NCBI RefSeq assembly: GCF_009914755.1
Contig: NC_060927.1
DNA: 64,000 nucleotides
From: the human T2T-CHM13v2.0 reference genome, Homo sapiens
Direction: 5' to 3' (one strand)
Part shown: positions 55,261-64,000 of the stretch, piece by piece
Numbering within the stretch: position 1 is the first letter of the stretch
Layout: every line of letters starts with the position of its first letter
The notes under the pieces: generated by a model
Told to the model about the DNA's origin: nothing
What the model saw: the letters and a program-made list of their open reading frames with translations, nothing else
The model's database searches: none
Made by a program: the position numbers and the translations under genes

Positions 55261-57180
55261 TCCTCTTCCATTGAGCCAGGGGTGACCTTGAGAGACTCAG
55301 GCCACCTCACCAGGCTCTACCAGGAACAGCGTCTACAGCTGGTAGAGAGCACGGGCTGCAGAGAGGTAAAGATGGGGTTCGGAAGCCAAGGCTCCCCTTG
55401 TTGCATGGGTGACATCAGGCAAGCTACTCAACCTCTAACCCTGGCTTCCCCTTCTGTATACTGGAGACAGTATCGGCCCCACAGGCACTTGTGGAGCAAG
55501 TGGGTTTGAGCTGAGCTCCTCTGAAAATCAGAGGCACACTCAGAGAGTAGCTCAGAAAACCAGGATGTGTCAGTTTCATTTGCTGGGAAGCAGAAGCCAA
55601 GATAGAATTAGAAGTGCAATGTCTGTGAAGGAAGAATAAAGGGAAAAGGAAACAGGAGTGGGGCAGGGGGCAGACCAAAAGGAAGACAGACAAGTGTGAG
55701 AAGGAGCCCCACAGTGCAGTGTAAGCTTAAGAAGGTGTGGAGAGGATGGGAGTCACTCACTGGGCAGGAATGGCCCAGCTCCAGCACCTTGCTATGACCA
55801 GCCAGCTGCTGGGAACAGGCCAGGAAGAGTGTGGCCTTAGCGCAAACACTGGGGTGGATCTCGAGATGAAGGTGTGGCCGCTGGAAGCTGTCACTTCACC
55901 ACTCCTCTTCTGAAGAAAGAGCTGAGCCCTGCACATGGGAGCATTGGTGAAAAGGGTGGTAGACGTTTATCAGTAACCTTACTGGTTTTGTGCTCCATCC
56001 TCCATCTCCCAAAGTCCCCCTGACCTTGCCTTCAGCTCCAGGAATGGCCACATGACTCAGACAAAGCCAACCAGCCATCCCATTTCAGTGGCCAGTGATG
56101 AATGATTCAGTGTTTACCCAAACGCATCCAATCAGGGTGAATCTGAGGACATTTGCTGGGGAGGCTGGGACACAGATAATCTCTTTTCTGACAGATGGTA
56201 ACAAGAAAGTAGGTAGCTGCAGGGGCTGCTGGCAGCCATCTTGAGACATGAAAGGTGTCCAAATTGGGATGAATTCAGCACTGAAGATGGTGGTACAGAG
56301 AAACAGGAGATAGGGCCTTTGATCACATTGTTGGATGGCTGGTTAAGCCTCTCCTGAAATCCATTCTACTGCTGGACTTTACAGTTCATAAACTAATAAA
56401 TCCTCTTTACTGTTTGAAGCAGTTGTGTCAGGTGTCCTGTTACGTATAAGAAAGGCCTCTGATTTGATCAGCAATAGGGAACTGGATGTCCTCTGAGCTC
56501 CAAAAGTCAGCACAGGCCTAATGCTCAGGCGTTATGGAGCCTCGGACTGATGAAAGGGTGGTATGGGCATCCATGACTGCTTTTGGGACCTCAGGGGAGC
56601 AGTGTGTGAATGTTCATTTCAGAGTAATGACAGCAACTCCACGTGTCTGCATCCTTTTACGCCCAGCCACTCCCTTTCCTATGACCAGCTGCTGTCTTCA
56701 CCCTCTCGCCTGTATCTTTTCTCCATTACATAGATCCTCCTAACTCACACTTCCTCCTTCCTGAGTCGAGTTTGCAAGACTGATTCCAGATTCACCTTGT
56801 GATTATCCTAACGCATCTCTTACCTTCAATAACTTCCAAGGGCCTTATCCTCTCTTCATTTCCCAATTCAAATTTCCGGGAGCAGGACTTGGATTATCCC
56901 AGCTCTTGCCTATTTAGACAACCTCAGAGATTCTATTTCCACTGTATGTGGAGGGGACTGAGTATTGGTACTTTTGAAAAGTTTCTTGGATGGTTCAAGT
57001 GTGCAGCCAGAGTCAAGAACCCCTGGATTAGTAGAGCTTTCCAGGCCAGCTGACCCCACAGTCGGCCCTTGGGTCAAGTTCAAGCTCAATCCAGTCAGCT
57101 AAGAGCAGAGCCACAGGGTCTCACTATGCCCAAAGTCCCTTCCATTGGCAGAATCTGTGGCTACAGAAGGAGTGAGAGGA

Positions 57181-57575
<395 letters not shown>

Positions 57576-57613
57576 TTATTACATTCCTGTCTCTTCTGTA
57601 ATTCAAGGGGATG

Positions 57614-57930
57614 CAGTTGGCCCTCCGTATCCTGGGGTTTCACATCCATGACTTCAACCAACCACAGACTGAAAATATTCAGATAAATAATAAAATACAA
57701 TAAAAAATGCATATTTTAAAAATAATATAGTATACTAACAATTTCCAAAGCATTTACATTGTATTAGGTATTATAAGTAATCTAGAGATGATTTAAAGCA
57801 TACAAGAGAATGGAGGTAGGTTATACACAACTATTATGCCATTTTATATAAGGGACTTGCACATCGCTGGATTTTGGTATCTGAGGAAGTCCTGGAACCA
57901 ATCTCCCACAGATACCGAGGGACGACTGTA
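57614..57930. mobile_element. MER2 fossil, opposite orientation to the 53.4 kb copy
   Basis: cagttggccctccgtatc...cattgtattaggtattataagtaatctagag...gataccgagggacgactg. Confidence 0.85.
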
Positions 57931-58478
57931 TTGTCTTTAAAATAAACTATGCATCTGGGTGTGGTGGCATGCATCTGTAGTCCCAGCTACTCGGGAGACT
58001 GAGGTGGGAAGATCCCTTGAGTTCTGATCACATTACTGCACTCCAGCCTGGGCAACAGAGTGAGACCCTATCTCTTAAAAAAAAAAAAAAACGTAAAAAA
58101 TAATAACGTAAAACGAAATAAACTATGCTGCTATAACACAACAGAGGAAGAGCTGCTGAGGAAGCACCTAGAGGATCTAGGCATCCATGCTTAGCAAATT
58201 TACTACAAAAACAGGAAAATCCTCGCTAATCAGATTTACATTTGAGAGCAATTGCTGCCAGTGCAATAGGAATAAATGCAGTTATGAGTGTTATATTTCA
58301 GGAGGTTATTTGATGACATGGGAAACAGGACCTCATGTTAAGAGAAAGAAGGATATAAATTTATGTAGTATATGATTCAAATTTTGTTTAAAAACTACAT
58401 GTGTTTACTCATGTTTCTACAAAGAAAAATAGAGAAACTGAAAAGGTATCTGTGGTTTCTCAGGAGAAAGAGTTGTTC

Positions 58479-58812
58479 TTTTTTTTTCTTTTTTTCTTTT
58501 TTTTTTTTTTTGAGATGGAGTCTCACTCTGTTGTCCAGGCTGGAGTGCAGTGGCATAATCTCGGCTCACTGCAACCTCTGCCTCCCAACTTCAAGCGTTC
58601 AAGCGATTCTCCTGCCTCAGCCTCCCAAGTAGCTGGGACTACAGGCATGCACCACCATGTCCGGCTAATTTTTTTGTATTTTTAGTAGAGATGGGGTTTT
58701 GCCATGTTGGCCAGGCTGGTCTCGAACTGCTGAGCTCAGTCCTCGGCTTCGATCCACCTGCCTCGGCCTCCCAAAGTGCCGGGATTACAGGCGTGAGCCA
58801 CTGCACCCAGCC
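58479..58812 (-). mobile_element. AluS with small internal insertions
   Basis: Alu consensus; duplicated ttcaagcg. Confidence 0.88.
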
Positions 58813-61673
58813 GAGAGTTTTTCTTAAAGCTAATTATGTCCAATTTAGAGGGCTAATCTTTATTCTAAATACTATCCTTCTACTTTTTGGCATTAACAGG
58901 CTTTTATGAAAGGATTGTTTCAGTAGAATACTGCCTGGGTTGGGTTAGAGATGCACATCCAGAATGAAAAGTCGGCAGCCTTATGTCAGCACCCTCTGCA
59001 CGCTACCCTGTTTGGTTTTGTTTCTAATTTTAATTTTGTAGAAATCAATACAGAACTCTGGAACCCACTGCTTTAGAAGATAAGAATCTCTTTCCTGCTC
59101 CGATCATTCTGGCTTGCCTTGGATTTAAGGCTCTTCCAGAAGGACCTGGCCCTGATTCACTGGGATAATGTCCACCATGTCCAGGGGCACTGCCCAGAGG
59201 GGGTACTTTTCATATTCTCTACCAACTAATCTTCCACCTGCCAGCCTAGGGGGCAGTGAGTGGAGAACGCTGGGAATTCAGGGTTGGGGAGGAGGGACAG
59301 CAACAGGAAAAGATTGAACATATGTGCCAATTAGGCCAGGAGATGAGGACCCCAGACCCGGAAGAAGGAGGAAGAAGAAAGACACACTTGATCTTCCTGC
59401 TTAGAATGTTGGCAGAAGTCATATTCAAAAGATAAGAGAATCAAGACTTATGAAACAAAAGAAAACCAAAGAAAGGCAACACGGCCGATGCTAGGTGGGG
59501 ATTACTAGCTAGTAAAGAGCTGTCGAGTGTTTGATGCCATTTATTCATTTGAGCTCTCCAGTTGCCTAGTTTTTCATTCAACAAGTGTCGTCTGAAGGTG
59601 TTGTGTGGACAGAACGTTGTGTGGGATCCAAAGCTGAAACAGATACTTAAGTCTGTGCTCTAGTAAATAAGATAGGACACGCATATTTACCCCACAGGGA
59701 GCAATAAATACTCTAAGACCATTACAAATTGTTCTGGGAGTTCAGAGGAGGGAATTTATTTCTAGTCCAGAGCAATGAAGGGTGACCTCCTGGAGGAAGT
59801 GGCAGTTGAATGGGGGCCTTGAAGGATGGGTGAGATTTAAACATGCAAACTATCAGCAAGGGAAACGGGAGAGCAACGCAGGAGCAAACATCAAGATGGG
59901 AAAACACAAAGCATGTAGGGGAAACACAAATGCAATATTTTGTATTATGGGCGAGGCTCTACAAGAGGCACTGGATTGCAATGGGACTATTGTTTCCAGG
60001 GGCCCTCTGGGCTGGTGGTCAAACTACTGGAACTATCACTATTTCAGACCAAGCCGGGCTCACAAGTCTTAGCTGTTCTTGCCAATTCTTCTCCTGAATA
60101 CTCACTCCAATAAGAGCAGTCAGGAAATGTTTCTTGGGAAATAGCTTCAAAGACACCAACATACCACTATGAACACTTAAAATATGGAGACAGAGCATTT
60201 GGAGTACTGCTCCCAGCATGTTGGAGGGAAAAGAAGCAAGACCCTTCCCAGAGGTAAATCCTGTTGTTTTCTTCCCAGTGCTTGGGCATCCAATCCCACA
60301 TTCATCCTTTTCCTCTAACTTATCTTTTCATGACTTTGGAAAGCAGTCTTCCTTATCTAAGAAACAAATGGCCTCCCCGGAGAGCTCAAAACAGCAAAGT
60401 CATTTATCTGTTTGACATGTGTTTGCCTGTTTGTTTTCTCCAGCCTTGAGACAAGAGTTGTGTCAACTGTGGATGGCTGTGCCCCAGTCACTTGAGAGAC
60501 ATGAATCAATTTCCAGCTGCATTTATCACTTGCTGCCTTAAATCAAGTCTAATCAATGCTTCCTTCATTTGGTATGGATTGAAACTATATATAACACACT
60601 CAGAAAACAGGAGAGAAAAGCAGCAGATCACAAAAATTCCATCAGGGATTTAGATGGAATGATGTTAGAGAAACATTTGCAATCTTTCATTTGCTCTAAT
60701 GGAGACCCCTGACCAAACAATCAGAGATTTGCGTTTATGAAGCTTCATTTGAATTTACCTGACATGCAATGACATTCCATGACAGGTCATTTGATACATT
60801 GGGGGGGGGGGGTGGTTTCTGCATCTTTAAGGATTTTATAATTAATACACTCTTAGGATCTGATGTATATTTATAATTTTATTCCTATACTAAGTTTTAA
60901 ACTCATTTCCATTTATTTTAGAGATATCTGTTTTGTCATCATTGACTATATAAGTCAATTTCCAGTTATAACATATAAAGTAATAAAAATCCCTTTGTAA
61001 CAAAGTAGATATCCAGGAGTCTGGTTTTTTTTTTTAAATAATTTTATAAAGTCTTAAATATGGCCCTCTCTCTACTCCTCCCAATTCTTGGTATTAATAA
61101 TAGAATTTGATCCACGTAACCAAAGTGGATTTTTCATTAGCAGGTGTGAAAACCGCTCCCCAGCTGTCAACCAATTTAGAATGTGGTAGGGAGCACTCTT
61201 GTCTCATTTGCAGATTAATCTTGTGCCAGTGAAAGGTGATACCAGCTTAGTTACCGGCACCTAAAACCTGGCCATGCCCACAGCAAGGCCTCCGATTATT
61301 CTTCAAGGATAATGGGACAAGAGAGACAGAACATAGAAAAATAGGTCAATGATAATGCAAGCCTAGAAGATGAGGCAGTGCTGTGATTCATTGGCATAAT
61401 TAATATTTCTATCTAATCTGCTGAACTGTGTAGACTTTTACCACTAGCCGGCCTCTGTAGAGATTAACAGGGCTGACTCATTTTCACAGTGCCGGCTCCC
61501 CCAGCGACCTGTTGTTAGGTAGCTAAATAGAGCCCTGTTCAGCTCTGGGAAGTCAGACAATAATAATAAACCCTTACGTTGGTTTAACACTTTCCAGTTT
61601 ATAAAAGTGCTTTGAACATACAGTCTCCTAGCACTGGAAGGCCAGCAATAAAAGCAGTTCTATTTCCATTTCT

Positions 61674-62026
<353 letters not shown>

Positions 62027-63199
62027 TAAGATGAAGGGAAAGGTGTCGTTTGGAGTCCCCCCCTCGTGAGCCAGCTACAGTGGAGCTGGGTTGAATTGGA
62101 GGCTGCCTCTTGTCAACTGCAAAGTCTTGGTTTTTCCCACTGAGCTGCGACTAGGCAGTCACTGGGTCTCTTCCCTATTCTTGCCCCAACTTATTTTTTT
62201 CTCCCATCATCTAGGAGTTTTGGGAAACCCATATGGTTATAGGAGATCCCTAAAGTTGCCTGGCAGGTTGTCTAGTTTAAAAAAATAAATGAAAGGCAGC
62301 ACCTCTGGAGGTGTTTTGGGTTACTGAGCTAGTGTAGTATAGTGTTCTCAGCCCATCTTAAACAAAGACAGAGTAACGTGATATAACAAAGCTTCAACCT
62401 CCATGAACAAAGAAAGGGTAGGAGAAACACTGCCGACACGGACTCTGAAATTAAGGAGCTCACTCACGTTGTCTTTAATACTCATGAGGGTTGTTTAATG
62501 AGCTGCCTGGCTTTGAGGATGTCCGGGAAGGATCATGTTTGCTCATTCTTTGAGGAAGGGAATAACAGGTTTTTCTACCCAAGACAAGTCTCACTGAAGT
62601 AGATCCTGTCAAGATTCCTAAGAACAAAAATTGATGGAAGGAAGAAAACTTCCATGGCGTTAAATTTTTAGACGAGAGGATTTGCTTAACTGGCTTGACT
62701 TCAGTGGAAGTAAATGAGGGGAGTTACAGATAATACTTTTTCAAACTGGCTTCAGATAATGTACTAGTGAGAAGAAATGCATTTTCAATGGTCATAAGGA
62801 TTTGGAAGCTCTCCAGGGAAGCTGAGAGAAGTCTTGTGAACACATTCCAACAAAGCAGTTATAGTGTTCAGGAGTTCACAAGCATTTTAAGTGCCGTAGT
62901 CACCCCAGGATCATGTTAATACAACCTGGAAAAGTACAAACATTCACAACCTTCACAAACCCTAAGTAAAAAGCATCATACCCTTTCTTGAAATTAATGA
63001 TGCTACTGAGATTAATAGATGAGATTTCATTTCCTCCTCAAAGCAAATTGGTTTATCTTATTTGTTCATTCATTCAACAAATATTTATGGAGTGCTTGAG
63101 AATACGGACACTGATGATTCAGTGTTAACAAGACCCTACCTCCCCAGCAGCTTAAACTCAAGTGGGAAAACCCATATTTAAACTATTAATGGAGAATTA

Positions 63200-64000
<801 letters not shown>

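Noticed and set aside
54645-55509. Overlapping ORFs in the CpG island
   Set aside because: Expected from stop-codon scarcity in GC-rich DNA; no domain recognised

Overview
Primate genomic DNA, probably human or great ape; the locus cannot be named from sequence alone. No protein-coding gene is supported: the listed ORFs are chance frames, Alu translations or L1 remnants. The window is dense in repeats: about 45 Alus, MIR/L2/L1M fragments, MaLR/ERVL solo LTRs and MER DNA-transposon fossils. Main landmarks: (1) a full-length, dead L1PA5-like element (26242-32393, minus) nested in an Alu nested in a MER63-like hAT element; (2) a young complex rearrangement at 46.6-52.8 kb, best explained as an inverted ~1.7 kb duplication partly re-inverted at a 5-bp CAATG/CATTG microhomology, leaving a 1.07 kb direct repeat and a 0.64 kb inverted repeat; (3) tiny retro-insertions: two 3'-truncated 5S rRNA copies, a tRNA-Glu(CTC) 5'-half and a 20-nt polyadenylated fragment, three of them with clear target-site duplications (TSDs); (4) an orphan CpG-island promoter near 54.7-55.2 kb; (5) several repeat-free, enhancer-like blocks. 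Repeat subfamily names come from recalled consensus sequences and should be confirmed with RepeatMasker/Dfam.
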